A program made the position numbers and the translations under genes. A stretch of 32,000 nt of DNA, taken from Acaryochloris marina S15 (GTDB taxonomy: Bacteria; Cyanobacteriota; Cyanobacteriia; Thermosynechococcales; Thermosynechococcaceae). Below the pieces are notes generated by a model. It was not told the DNA's origin, made no database searches, and worked only from the letters and a program-made list of their open reading frames with translations. The stretch covers positions 180,001 to 212,000 of the forward strand of contig NZ_CP064923.1 in NCBI RefSeq assembly GCF_018336915.1, given 5' to 3'. Below, in pieces: positions 1-9,015 of this stretch; within the stretch, counting starts at the first letter, position 1; every line of letters starts with the position of its first letter.

Positions 1-139
1 AAGCAGCATGTTCCCCTGTTCCACTCGCAATTTCTAGAACAATCCCTTGTTGGGGTAACTCTTGTTTAAGAACGGTCAAGATGGGCTGACAGTTGCGCTG
101 GAAAGCAGCAGCGTATTGTCGTTGATCAACATTGGACAT
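1..139 (-). CDS. DUF938-family SAM-dependent methyltransferase-like protein (N-terminal 46 codons only; gene runs off the left edge)
   Basis: Hand translation of the reverse strand from ATG at 139-137 gives [46 protein letters not shown] with no stop before position 1. [11 protein letters not shown] is a glycine-rich SAM motif I, and the preceding RN..PIL.VL block is typical of DUF938. It is absent from the ORF track because it is truncated. Confidence 0.6.
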   Translation of the reverse strand, partial: MSNVDQRQYAAAFQRNCQPILTVLKQELPQQGIVLEIASGTGEHAA

Positions 140-371
140 AGCTTTGGGCTGCCTTGGGCACTTTAGATCAATTCTCTACGTCTTCAGTTTTACATCCAGG
201 CTGCAATACTACTTGTGTATCGCCCCTGCATTAACCCAGCTCTTAAATTGTCACAATTTCAACCAAGTCACATGATGTTGGCTGTTACGATATGCTAAAA
301 GACAAGATTTTGTTAAGTATTATTTACTAGTCTTCTTTTTGTTCACCCTCAAGTCTTGGTTTAAACTACCC

Positions 372-941
372 ATGTCAAACCTAAAAAACTCCATTAGGCG
401 TTTCGCCAGTATCGCCCTTTGTGCAGGTTCTCTAGCAGTTGGAGTTCCTTTAATCAGTGAGGCACAAACAAACCCTGGATTTAGTTTTGTATGGGGTGAT
501 GGCCCTTCCCAAAAACAGCAGTTGGGCTATGTTTTGAGCTATGGCACCCCAAAACATTTGAGCGATCGATGGCGGCTCAAAATCAAGCGCCAGAGTGTGG
601 CGATTGATCGAATCAACATTACCTATCCAGACTACTTTGATGGCAAATTCAAAGAAAAAAAGATTGAACTTCGCCATGCCCCTAAAAGTCGATTGTTTAA
701 CCTCAAGAAGGGCAAAAATATTCCTGTGGATTCTGTCACTGTCGATCCAGATAGTGGTGTCATTGAAATCATTCCTACGGAAGTCATTCCAGCTGATACT
801 GCCATAGAAGTTGTCGCTTCAAATGTCAGGAATCCTAAATCCGGTGGAACCTACTTTTTCAACTGCCGGATTTCCTCCCCTGGAGATGTCGGTTTAATGA
901 AGCCAGTGGGTACCTGGATTATCTCTATTTATCGCAATTAA
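372..941 (+). CDS. Secreted DUF2808-family protein (cyanobacteria-restricted, unknown function)
   Basis: ORF 339..941. I prefer the ATG at 372, which gives MSNLKNSIRRFASIALCAGSLAVGVPLISEAQ, a signal-peptide-like N-terminus; the track start at 339 is TTG. The C-terminal block NVRNPKSGGTYFFNCRISSPGDVG...GTWIISIY resembles the DUF2808 consensus as I remember it. Confidence 0.6.
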   Translation: MSNLKNSIRRFASIALCAGSLAVGVPLISEAQTNPGFSFVWGDGPSQKQQLGYVLSYGTPKHLSDRWRLKIKRQSVAIDRINITYPDYFDGKFKEKKIELRHAPKSRLFNLKKGKNIPVDSVTVDPDSGVIEIIPTEVIPADTAIEVVASNVRNPKSGGTYFFNCRISSPGDVGLMKPVGTWIISIYRN

Positions 942-978
942 TTTCAGGTATTAGTTAACCTAGCTGAGCTATCTCTCT

Positions 979-1017
979 CCCCTTTCCATTGCAATGTAGA
1001 TATTGTGAGGAAAGGGG
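979..1017 (+). terminator. Candidate hairpin terminator downstream of the DUF2808 gene
   Basis: CCCCTTTCC (979-987) pairs perfectly with GGAAAGGGG (1009-1017). The loop is 21 nt and is followed by TTATTTA. The loop is large for a classical intrinsic terminator. Confidence 0.35.
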
Positions 1018-1191
1018 TTATTTATGCTTTCAAAAATTGTGACGATTCTTTAACTGTCCTTGCCTATCGTCACAGGCCTACAATCTCTATATACAGTTAT
1101 GAAATACCAAGAAAATCCGTTTTGTGGTCAAATGAGTTTTCTTGCTAAGTATTTAGCGTTTTTTAGTTAGATTCTGGCCTGAGATACTGCT

Positions 1192-1905
1192 GTGTCACCA
1201 TCAGCAAATATTGCATCCATAACATCTTCCATTTCGCATCCCTTTACTTCATTTATCTATTTCTTTGGCCGTTCGGTTGTTTTGCCTGCTTATTTCAGCA
1301 GCGTCAAAGTCTCGGGTTTAGAAAATTTTCCTCAAGAAGGACCTGTTGTCATTGCACCTACGCATCGTTCTCGATGGGATGGCATCATGGTTGGTTATAC
1401 TTTTGGTCGACCCGTGATTGGCCGAGACCCCCGCTTCATGGTCACAGTCAATGAAATGAACGGTTTTCAGGGGTGGTTTATTCGTCAGTTTGGTGGATTT
1501 CCCATTGATCCAGATCAACCTTCCATTGCTGCACTGCGGCATGGGATTGACTTATTACAATCCCATCAAGTGCTCGTCATTTTCCCTGAGGGAGACGTCA
1601 TGCGGGATCGCTACGTCCAATACCTCAAGCCTGGGTTTGCTCGCCTGGCCATTCAAGCTCAAAAAAAACAAAAAACTGGCCCAGTTATTAAAATCTTGCC
1701 TGTAGCCCTTGACTACGGATGTTCAATTCCTAAACAAGGCTGCGAGGTCCATGTCAAAATTGGCTTTCCCCTCAATGCTACTGACTACCCAGGGCCAACT
1801 AAAAAAGCGGCAGCAAGCCTTAGCAGCGACTTAAAAGTTGCCCTTAATGGCCTAATTGAAAATTCCGTTCTCAACCCAGAGGTTACAACGTCTGTATCGT
1901 TATAA
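1192..1905 (+). CDS. Lysophospholipid (1-acyl-sn-glycerol-3-phosphate) acyltransferase, PlsC family
   Basis: 237-aa ORF with a GTG start. It has the acyltransferase HX4D motif (APTHRSRWDG) and the FPEG motif (VIFPEGD). Confidence 0.8.
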   Translation: MSPSANIASITSSISHPFTSFIYFFGRSVVLPAYFSSVKVSGLENFPQEGPVVIAPTHRSRWDGIMVGYTFGRPVIGRDPRFMVTVNEMNGFQGWFIRQFGGFPIDPDQPSIAALRHGIDLLQSHQVLVIFPEGDVMRDRYVQYLKPGFARLAIQAQKKQKTGPVIKILPVALDYGCSIPKQGCEVHVKIGFPLNATDYPGPTKKAAASLSSDLKVALNGLIENSVLNPEVTTSVSL

Positions 1906-1910
1906 ATAAC

Positions 1911-1949
1911 TGGCCTAGGCAAAGTATATAGATGACTCAGCCTAGGCCA
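1911..1949. terminator. Bidirectional hairpin between the convergent acyltransferase and rnj genes
   Basis: TGGCCTAGGC (1911-1920) pairs perfectly with GCCTAGGCCA (1940-1949), with a 19-nt loop. On the minus strand it is followed by GTTATTTATA. It sits in the 57-nt gap between the two stop codons. Confidence 0.5.
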
Positions 1950-1962
1950 GGCTATCTGAAAC

Positions 1963-3711
1963 TTAACGTGCAACCGTTACTTTACGTCTCTCTGCATAAT
2001 CTGCTTTCAAGCCGGCTGGCTGTTGTGGATGTTGTAAAAGCATTAGCAAAGTAGCATTGGTTTGGAGTTCCCGCCTTAATAAGCCTTGTAGCTCCCGTTC
2101 AATATAGCTTTTAAGACCATCCCAGTCTATTGAATGATCATCTGCCTGATTATACTGGTCCCAGCGGTTTCTCAACGCTAATTCAACAGCACTTTGTACC
2201 CATGCCTGCCATTTATCAATGGCGATGGTAGTGACTACCCCTCGCAAATGAACTTCAGGTGCTGTCAAGAGTTGACCATCCAGCCCGATTGTGGCAGCGA
2301 CCGTCACCAGCCCATCTTCTGCTAGGCGTTGACGTTCCTCCAACACATGAGCTTTCAAGATACCTGCTCGGTCCATGAGCTCAATCCCAGAAGGAACCTT
2401 CCCATCAATCTGAATGGAGTCTGGAGTCAACGCCACCATATCTCCATTATTGATGATCACCATGTTTTCTTCAGGAATCCCCATACTCTGGGCGGTTTGG
2501 GAATGCTTAATTAACATGCGATGCTCACCATGGACTGGCAAGAAGAATTTGGGGCGAGTTAAGTTCAACATCAGCTTTTGATCCTCTTGGCAACCATGCC
2601 CCGAGACATGAATGCCATGATGTCGACCATAAATAACGTTGGCACCCTGCATCATCAATTGATCAATGGTGTTGACGACCGAAATGGTATTCCCTGGAAT
2701 GGGGTTTGCCGAAAAGACCACGGTATCGCCTTTGCGAATTTGAATTTGACGGTGCTCCTTACGAGCAATCCGAGATAGGGCCGCCATTGATTCCCCTTGG
2801 GAACCTGTGGTTAAGATTAAAATCTTATGATCTGGAAGATTCCGAATTGCTTTTAAGGGCTCAAACAGACTATCGGGGCATTTGATGTAACCCAGATTTC
2901 GAGCATGGGCAATCACATTCAACATAGAGCGGCCGACAACAGACACTGTTCTACCCTGTTTTTGGGCAATGTCTAAAATCATGTTGATGCGATGTACGGA
3001 CGAAGCAAAGGTTGTCACCAACAAGCGCCCTTTTGCCTGGGAAAACACCCGCTCCAAATTGGGATACACCGAGCGTTCAGAGGGCGTAAAACCTGGCACT
3101 TCTGAATTGGTTGAATCACTAATCAGGCATAATACGCCTTGCTCTCCATGTTCCGCTAACTTTTGTAAGTCGAAGTTCTCGCCATCTACTGGGGTGTGAT
3201 CGATTTTGAAATCCCCTGTAAAAATCACTACCCCAATAGGGGTATGAATAGCGACGGTGAAACTATCCGCCATGGAGTGAGTATTGCGAATAAACTCCAC
3301 AAAGAAGTGAGAGCCTAAGCGCACAATATCTCGGGGGGCAACTGTTTTTAGCTCTGTCTTGCCAGCAACACCTGCTTCTTCTAGCTTCCGTTGCAACAAG
3401 GCCATTGCCAGTCGGGGGCCATGAATGACTGGAATGTCAATTTGCTTTAAGTGAAAAGCAATGCCTCCAATATGATCCTCATGACCATGGGTCACAATCA
3501 TGCCCTTGATTTTGTGGCGATTTTCACGCAAATAGGTCATATCTGGCAGCACAATATTGACACCGTGCATGCCATCAGTGGGAAATGCTAGCCCAGCATC
3601 TACTAGGATAATTTCGTCTTCAAATTCAAAAACACAGGTATTTTTGCCAATTTCATGAAGGCCACCCAAAGGAATAATCTTGAGGGCTTGTTGCGTTTCA
3701 GTTTCCGTCAT
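1963..3711 (-). CDS. rnj: Ribonuclease J (metallo-beta-lactamase / beta-CASP RNase)
   Basis: 582-aa ORF with the MBL motif THGHEDHIGG. The N-terminus LKIIPLGGLHEIGKNTC and the length are typical of RNase J. It lies downstream of asd-dapA, as in other cyanobacteria. AAGGA sits just upstream of the ATG. Confidence 0.92.
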   Translation of the reverse strand: MTETETQQALKIIPLGGLHEIGKNTCVFEFEDEIILVDAGLAFPTDGMHGVNIVLPDMTYLRENRHKIKGMIVTHGHEDHIGGIAFHLKQIDIPVIHGPRLAMALLQRKLEEAGVAGKTELKTVAPRDIVRLGSHFFVEFIRNTHSMADSFTVAIHTPIGVVIFTGDFKIDHTPVDGENFDLQKLAEHGEQGVLCLISDSTNSEVPGFTPSERSVYPNLERVFSQAKGRLLVTTFASSVHRINMILDIAQKQGRTVSVVGRSMLNVIAHARNLGYIKCPDSLFEPLKAIRNLPDHKILILTTGSQGESMAALSRIARKEHRQIQIRKGDTVVFSANPIPGNTISVVNTIDQLMMQGANVIYGRHHGIHVSGHGCQEDQKLMLNLTRPKFFLPVHGEHRMLIKHSQTAQSMGIPEENMVIINNGDMVALTPDSIQIDGKVPSGIELMDRAGILKAHVLEERQRLAEDGLVTVAATIGLDGQLLTAPEVHLRGVVTTIAIDKWQAWVQSAVELALRNRWDQYNQADDHSIDWDGLKSYIERELQGLLRRELQTNATLLMLLQHPQQPAGLKADYAERRKVTVAR

Positions 3712-3824
3712 ATGGTTCCTTAGCTATAAAGTCTTTTGTTATGTAATGGGCAGACGCTGTAATGCCTGCATTTAATTGCGATTGATCTTGTTGTGGAGCA
3801 TTTGGGTGTGGAGGTGCTCTATTC

Positions 3825-4709
3825 CTACAGCAATGCCAAATCCGTTAAGGTTTCTTGCAATTTTTGAATGATTTGATCAGGAGCTTTAGGGAGAGGCAAG
3901 CGTGTGGACCCAACTTGCCATCCTTGTAATTGAAGCGCCGCTTTGACTGGAATGGGATTAGTGGTTGCGAACAATGCTTTACATAGAGGGAGTAATTTAA
4001 GGTGAATCTCTTTTGCGACTTGCGGTTCCCCTGCCGCAAAAGCAATAACCATCTTTTTAAGCAATTCCCCCACCAAATGACTGGCTACGCTGACTACGCC
4101 TGTAGCACCAACGGATAGATAAGGTAAGGTCAGAGAGTCATCTCCAGAGTAAATTGAAAACTCAGGTGGTGTTAAACGACGAATTTGACTGACTTGATCA
4201 AGGTTGCCACTGGCTTCTTTAATAGCCACAATATTGCCAATTTCTGCCAATCGAGCGACTGTCTCAGCTTCCAAATTCTGTCCTGTACGGCCCGGGATGT
4301 TGTATAACATCAACGGGAAATCAGGAACCGCCTCCGCGATGGCACGAAAATGTTGGTATAAGCCGTCTTGTGGTGGCTTGTTATAGTATGGCACAACCAG
4401 CAATGCACCATCTAGTCCTAATTTTGCAGCTTGTTTTGTTGCTTCAATGGCCTCTTGGGTGGAATTAGAACCAGTTCCCGCCATAACTTTAGCTTTATGG
4501 GCAACTGCTTTATGAACCACTTGAAACAGTTCATATTCTTCTTGCCACGTTAAGGTGGGTGACTCACCTGTCGTGCCGCAGACTAAAAGGGTGTCTGTGC
4601 CGTGATCGGCAAGATGGATGGCTAGCGCTTCGGCCACAGAAAAATTCATCTCCCCAGTATCAGTAAAAGGGGTGACCATGGCTGTCAGAATCTGTCCGAA
4701 GAAGGTCAC
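3825..4709 (-). CDS. dapA: 4-hydroxy-tetrahydrodipicolinate synthase
   Basis: 294-aa ORF with a GTG start. The N-terminus [12 protein letters not shown], the block [14 protein letters not shown] and the active-site lysine context [10 protein letters not shown] are DapA hallmarks. Confidence 0.93.
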   Translation of the reverse strand: MTFFGQILTAMVTPFTDTGEMNFSVAEALAIHLADHGTDTLLVCGTTGESPTLTWQEEYELFQVVHKAVAHKAKVMAGTGSNSTQEAIEATKQAAKLGLDGALLVVPYYNKPPQDGLYQHFRAIAEAVPDFPLMLYNIPGRTGQNLEAETVARLAEIGNIVAIKEASGNLDQVSQIRRLTPPEFSIYSGDDSLTLPYLSVGATGVVSVASHLVGELLKKMVIAFAAGEPQVAKEIHLKLLPLCKALFATTNPIPVKAALQLQGWQVGSTRLPLPKAPDQIIQKLQETLTDLALL

Positions 4710-4926
4710 GCGCTGTCCGCTCCGATATTAATGTTCAATGTGCTCATGCGAAAAATGGCAAACTCCAGTTTTCATGGGTGATTAAGCTTAACAAGCTGTA
4801 TTGATGCTTTTAGAATGCTGGGTGAGATGACCCTCACTCTTGCTCCTTCCACAGAGATGGTGTGCAGGTATAGTTTGACTATGAATTGGCGTTTGCCGCT
4901 GCACAACAAGCCCAGCACGGGTACGC

Positions 4927-5967
4927 TTAGGCAGACGCCACAGCAGCTGGTTTCAACAGTTGTCGTTCTACCAGCAATTCTGCAATTTGCACCGCATTTA
5001 ACGCTGCGCCTTTCCGGATTTGGTCGCCGCTTAACCACAACTCTAGGCCGTTGGTATGGGAAATATCTTGACGGATGCGACCCACGAGAACTTCATCACG
5101 TCCGCTTGCATCAATCGGCATAGGAAAATAATTCGCTTGCCAATCTTCTACCAACTTTACCCCTGGAGAATCCTGTAGGATCGACCGGGCTTTCTCAACT
5201 GAAAAAGGCTGAGAAAACTCTAAATTAATGGCTTCTGAATGGGCTCTAAGGACTGGAACACGGATACATGTGACAGATACTCTTAAATCAGAAACATTAA
5301 AAATCTTGCGGGTTTCTTGCACCATTTTCATCTCTTCAGTGCAATAACCATTCGCATTCAAGTCAGAATTATGGGGGAATAAGTTGAATGCTAAGGGATA
5401 AGGGAAGATCTCTGTGGGCGGCGCATCACCATTCAACATTGCTTGGGCTTGAACTTTCACCTCTTCCATTGCCCGCGCTCCTGCACCACTCGCAGACTGG
5501 TAGGTTGAAGCAATAATTCGTTGTACAGGCTGTAACTGGTGTAATGGCCACACCACGACATTCATCAGAATAGTGGTGCAATTGGGATTGGCAATAATTC
5601 CTTGATGTTGAGTCACGGCATCAGGATTGACTTCAGGCACAATCAAGGGAACCTGAGGATCCATCCGATAGGCGCTAGAGTTATCAACCACGACTGCTCC
5701 AGCCTTCACTGCTTTAGGCGCCCAGGTTTTGGAAACGCTACCACCTGCTGATGCTAGAACTAAATCTATATTCTGAAAGGCTGCTTCACTAACCTCCTCA
5801 ACCTTAATGGTTTCTCCTTTAAACGTAAGGGTTTGCCCAGCTGAACGATGAGACGCTAGTAGTTTGAGAGAAGATAGCGGAAAATCCCGTTCTTCTAGTA
5901 GGGTAATAAGCTCTGCACCTACTGCTCCAGTTGCCCCTAATATGGCTACTCTATATGCTTGACCCAA
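4927..5967 (-). CDS. asd: Aspartate-semialdehyde dehydrogenase
   Basis: 346-aa ORF with a TTG start preceded by GGAGG about 8 nt upstream. It has the Rossmann motif VAILGATGAVG and the active-site Cys context IIANPNCTTI. Confidence 0.93.
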   Translation of the reverse strand: MGQAYRVAILGATGAVGAELITLLEERDFPLSSLKLLASHRSAGQTLTFKGETIKVEEVSEAAFQNIDLVLASAGGSVSKTWAPKAVKAGAVVVDNSSAYRMDPQVPLIVPEVNPDAVTQHQGIIANPNCTTILMNVVVWPLHQLQPVQRIIASTYQSASGAGARAMEEVKVQAQAMLNGDAPPTEIFPYPLAFNLFPHNSDLNANGYCTEEMKMVQETRKIFNVSDLRVSVTCIRVPVLRAHSEAINLEFSQPFSVEKARSILQDSPGVKLVEDWQANYFPMPIDASGRDEVLVGRIRQDISHTNGLELWLSGDQIRKGAALNAVQIAELLVERQLLKPAAVASA

Positions 5968-6489
5968 ATTTGATTCCTCCAGCGTCTGTAATTAAAGGGC
6001 TAAATAAATAGTTCAATGTGTAAGTTCAGGATAGTTATCAAAGAAAGTTCAGTTTGGAAAGTCTTGGTTGCACAAATGCTAGCTGGGCCGCTTTGAAGTA
6101 TGGCTCGAAGCTTGTGGGAAATCGAAGGGCTACTGTTGATGTTGCGTCTTGCCTTAAGTAACCTTTCCCTCTAGTTTAGGGCATCAACCTCCGGTCTTTG
6201 AAATTTTTGATGTATTTTATGCCCTTAGGTGAGTCACTTTGGACGAAGTGGTTAGAAGATCGTGTGAGGAAAGGTCAGACGCTTATACTTCACTAGGGTT
6301 CCCAGTTAGAACTAATTATATCGTTTGCTAGCAACGCATTAAGAACATGAACTGATGCAAAATTGGTTAATCTAGGTTTAGCTGCACTCACAACTTGAAT
6401 TAGAATAGCTCTACCAATATCAAACAACCCTGTTTGATTAGTTATATTATTCACACATTATTTTTGGTCCGCTGGGAGAGGGAATCGAT

Positions 6490-8136
6490 TTGTCTAAAAC
6501 TAAAGAGCTACTTAAAGTAACACAGGAAAAGCTCCCTGGCAGTCAAATCAGTCTGGAAATAGAAATTTCTCCTGAGCAATCGCGTCAAGCGTATGAACAA
6601 GTGATTACGAAGTTCATGCGATCTGCTAATATTCCTGGTTTTCGCAAAGGTAAAGTACCTAAGCAGGTTATTCTCCAGCGGTTTGGCACAGATCAATTAA
6701 AAGCTTCTGCGTTGGAAGATTTAGTACAAAAGAATTTTGAAGCTGCGGTCAAGCAAGAAGATATTGAAGCGTTAGGTAACGTTCAGTTCCGCTCGTCCTT
6801 TGATGAACTCGCCGCTCAGTTTGAGCCGGGCAAGTCGATTGTGTTTGCCGTTAGTGTTGATGTTCCTCCTGAAGTCACACTCAAGACGTATCAAGACTTT
6901 AAAGTTACGGCTGAAAAGATAGAGTATGAGGCCGCTAAGGTTGATGAAGTGCTAGAAGAGCATCGATCGTCCAATGCGACCTTGGTTCCCGTCGAGGATC
7001 GAGCTGCAGCTGCTAACGATGTCACCCTCGTCGATTTTGAAAGCCGCTTTTTGCCTAGTGAGTCAGACGCTGATGAAGAAGGTGAGACTCCCGAAGGGGA
7101 GTCTGTCCAAGATTTTCAACTGGAACTCGTGAAAGGGAAGTTTATCGACGATTTGATTGACGGCATCATCGGCATGCAAATTGGGGAAACCAAGGATATT
7201 GCAGTTACGCTCCCTCCAGAATATTTCCAAGATGAATTGGCCGGTCGCTCAGCCGAATTTACCGTCAATCTCAAGGATATCAAGGCGAAAGAGTTGCCAC
7301 CTTTAGACGATGATTTTGCCCAAGATGTGAGCGAGTTTGCGACTTTAGCAGAATTGCGCCAGTTTTTAGAGGATCAATATCAGCAAGAGGCCCAAGACAG
7401 TACGGATGCCAATGTAGAAGCAGCCCTGCTAGAAGCCTTGATTGAAGAGCTAGATGTTGATCTGCCTGAAAGCATGATCGATGATGAGCTGAATGTCATG
7501 ATTCGAGAGACCCTCAGTCGCTTGCAGTCTAATGGTTTAGACATCAATAAGCTGGTGACTAAAGAGATGTTGGGGGAGATGAAGGAGCGAATGCGGTCTG
7601 ATGCGATTCCTCGCTTGAAGCGAACATTGGCTTTGGCTGAAGTGGCTAAAGCGGAATCGATAAAGATTGAAGCGGATGCTATTGAACAGCGATGTCAAGA
7701 GATTTTAAAAGATCTGCAAGGACAAGAGATTGATCGGGATCGCTTGGAAGCTGTTGTTGAAGATGAGTTGCTACATAAGCAGGTGGTTTCCTGGTTAACT
7801 GAGCATTCTGATGTGGAATTGGTTGAGCCAAAACCTGAGGAGGATGCTGAGGAGTCAGCAGCTAAAGTAGAGGAAGACGCTCCTATTGCTGAAGAAGAAT
7901 CATCTGAAGCTAAAAAAACTGCTAAATCGGTAGCAAAAAAGACATCTACAAAAAAAGCTAAGTCAGCTAAAGAAGCTGAGGAAGCGGTCGATGAGACCAA
8001 GGATGAATCAGCCGCCAAGAAGACAAGTACAAAAGCTAAGCGTTCAACTGCAAAAACAACTAAAAAAACGTCTACTAAGGCGAAAAAAACATCTGCCAAG
8101 CCCAAAGAAGATGATTCAAACTCTGATGCTGAATAA
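6490..8136 (+). CDS. tig: Trigger factor (ribosome-associated PPIase chaperone) with an atypically long charged C-terminal tail
   Basis: 548-aa ORF with a TTG start and GGGAGAGGGAA upstream. The N-terminus has KVTQEKLPGSQISLEIEI and the ribosome-binding signature GFRKGKVP. clpP-clpX lie immediately downstream. Confidence 0.93.
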   Translation: MSKTKELLKVTQEKLPGSQISLEIEISPEQSRQAYEQVITKFMRSANIPGFRKGKVPKQVILQRFGTDQLKASALEDLVQKNFEAAVKQEDIEALGNVQFRSSFDELAAQFEPGKSIVFAVSVDVPPEVTLKTYQDFKVTAEKIEYEAAKVDEVLEEHRSSNATLVPVEDRAAAANDVTLVDFESRFLPSESDADEEGETPEGESVQDFQLELVKGKFIDDLIDGIIGMQIGETKDIAVTLPPEYFQDELAGRSAEFTVNLKDIKAKELPPLDDDFAQDVSEFATLAELRQFLEDQYQQEAQDSTDANVEAALLEALIEELDVDLPESMIDDELNVMIRETLSRLQSNGLDINKLVTKEMLGEMKERMRSDAIPRLKRTLALAEVAKAESIKIEADAIEQRCQEILKDLQGQEIDRDRLEAVVEDELLHKQVVSWLTEHSDVELVEPKPEEDAEESAAKVEEDAPIAEEESSEAKKTAKSVAKKTSTKKAKSAKEAEEAVDETKDESAAKKTSTKAKRSTAKTTKKTSTKAKKTSAKPKEDDSNSDAE

Positions 8137-8139
8137 CGG

Positions 8140-8174
8140 GTTGCCAGGCAGTTTAACTACGAGGGCAGCTTTTT
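8140..8174 (+). terminator. Weak candidate terminator or attenuator after tig
   Basis: GTTGCC (8140-8145) pairs with GGCAGC (8164-8169), including one G-U pair. The loop is 18 nt and is followed by TTTTT (8170-8174). The stem is short. Confidence 0.25.
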
Positions 8175-8289
8175 CCAAAAGAGTTAAGGCATAATATAAC
8201 TGGTTGATATGGTGAGCGGGTAGTTGCTGTAGAGCCCGACACCTAGATATCCCTAACACTACCCATTGATACGATTAACGTTGAGGTCC

Positions 8290-9006
8290 ATGAACTTGTC
8301 TCATTCTTCTGATCACTTCTATCCTGGTCTGTCTGGTGAGTCCAGTCCTACCTATATGCCGCCTCGCAATATTGTACCGATGGTTGTTGAGCAGTCTGGC
8401 AGAGGGGAGCGGGCTTTTGATATTTACTCTCGCTTATTGCGTGAGCGGATTGTCTTTTTGGGTGGAGGAGGCTCTGCCAACGGAGGCGGCATTGATGATG
8501 CCGTTGCCGATGCAATTGTGGCCCAACTCCTCTTCCTGGAATCAGAAAATCCTGAGCAAGATATTTACCTTTACATTAATTCACCTGGCGGTTCGATCAC
8601 GGCAGGAATGGCTATTTACGACACAATTCAGCATATTCGCCCCGATGTTTGTACCATTTGTTTTGGTTTAGCAGCTAGTATGGGTGCGTTCCTTTTATGT
8701 GCAGGTACTGCTGGCAAACGCATGGCGTTACCAAATGCACGAATTATGATTCATCAGCCTTTGGGCGGTGCTCAAGGTCAAGCTGTAGATATTGAAATTC
8801 GAGCTAAAGAAATTTTGTATCTTAAGAGCAACCTCAACCATCTCATGGCAGGCCATACAGGCCAGCCTTTTGAGCGGATTGAGGCAGATACCGAGAGAGA
8901 TTTCTTTATGTCCGCAGAAGAAGCACAAAAATATGGTTTGATTGATCAAGTCCTCACTAGACAAAATCTTCCTAACCACTCTGAAGCCGTCAGTGAAGTC
9001 CACTAA
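8290..9006 (+). CDS. clpP: ATP-dependent Clp protease proteolytic subunit (clpX-linked ClpP paralogue)
   Basis: ORF 8266..9006. I prefer the ATG at 8290 because the track start is TTG. The Ser-His-Asp triad contexts are present: [21 protein letters not shown] and TERDFFMS. Strong identity blocks include [27 protein letters not shown] and [10 protein letters not shown]. Confidence 0.92.
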   Translation: MNLSHSSDHFYPGLSGESSPTYMPPRNIVPMVVEQSGRGERAFDIYSRLLRERIVFLGGGGSANGGGIDDAVADAIVAQLLFLESENPEQDIYLYINSPGGSITAGMAIYDTIQHIRPDVCTICFGLAASMGAFLLCAGTAGKRMALPNARIMIHQPLGGAQGQAVDIEIRAKEILYLKSNLNHLMAGHTGQPFERIEADTERDFFMSAEEAQKYGLIDQVLTRQNLPNHSEAVSEVH

Positions 9007-9015
9007 GAGAAAGCC

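Noticed and set aside
339-371. TTG-extended starts proposed by the ORF track (339 for DUF2808, 8266 for clpP, 18574 for GGDEF-EAL, 24181 for the ferritin-like gene)
   Set aside because: In each case an in-frame ATG lies a few codons downstream, with a better ribosome-binding site or a more typical N-terminus. The exact start remains uncertain without experimental data.
4772-5123. Two overlapping ORFs (88 aa minus, 102 aa plus) across the asd-dapA spacer and the asd 3' end
   Set aside because: Both overlap the well-supported asd frame and have no ribosome-binding site. Their compositions are Arg/Cys/Thr-rich and unlike real proteins. I treat them as chance ORFs.
7695-8105. 136-aa ORF antisense to the 3' end of tig
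   Set aside because: It mirrors the low-complexity Lys/Glu/Ala tail coding of tig, giving a Phe/Leu/Ser/Ala-rich nonsense-like product. It has no start context, and the sense strand carries a clear trigger-factor frame.
8336-8671. 111-aa alternative-frame ORF inside clpP, and similar internal ORFs inside rnj, dapA, mutL, the GGDEF-EAL gene and the SSS gene
   Set aside because: All lie within strongly supported conserved frames and lack independent signals.
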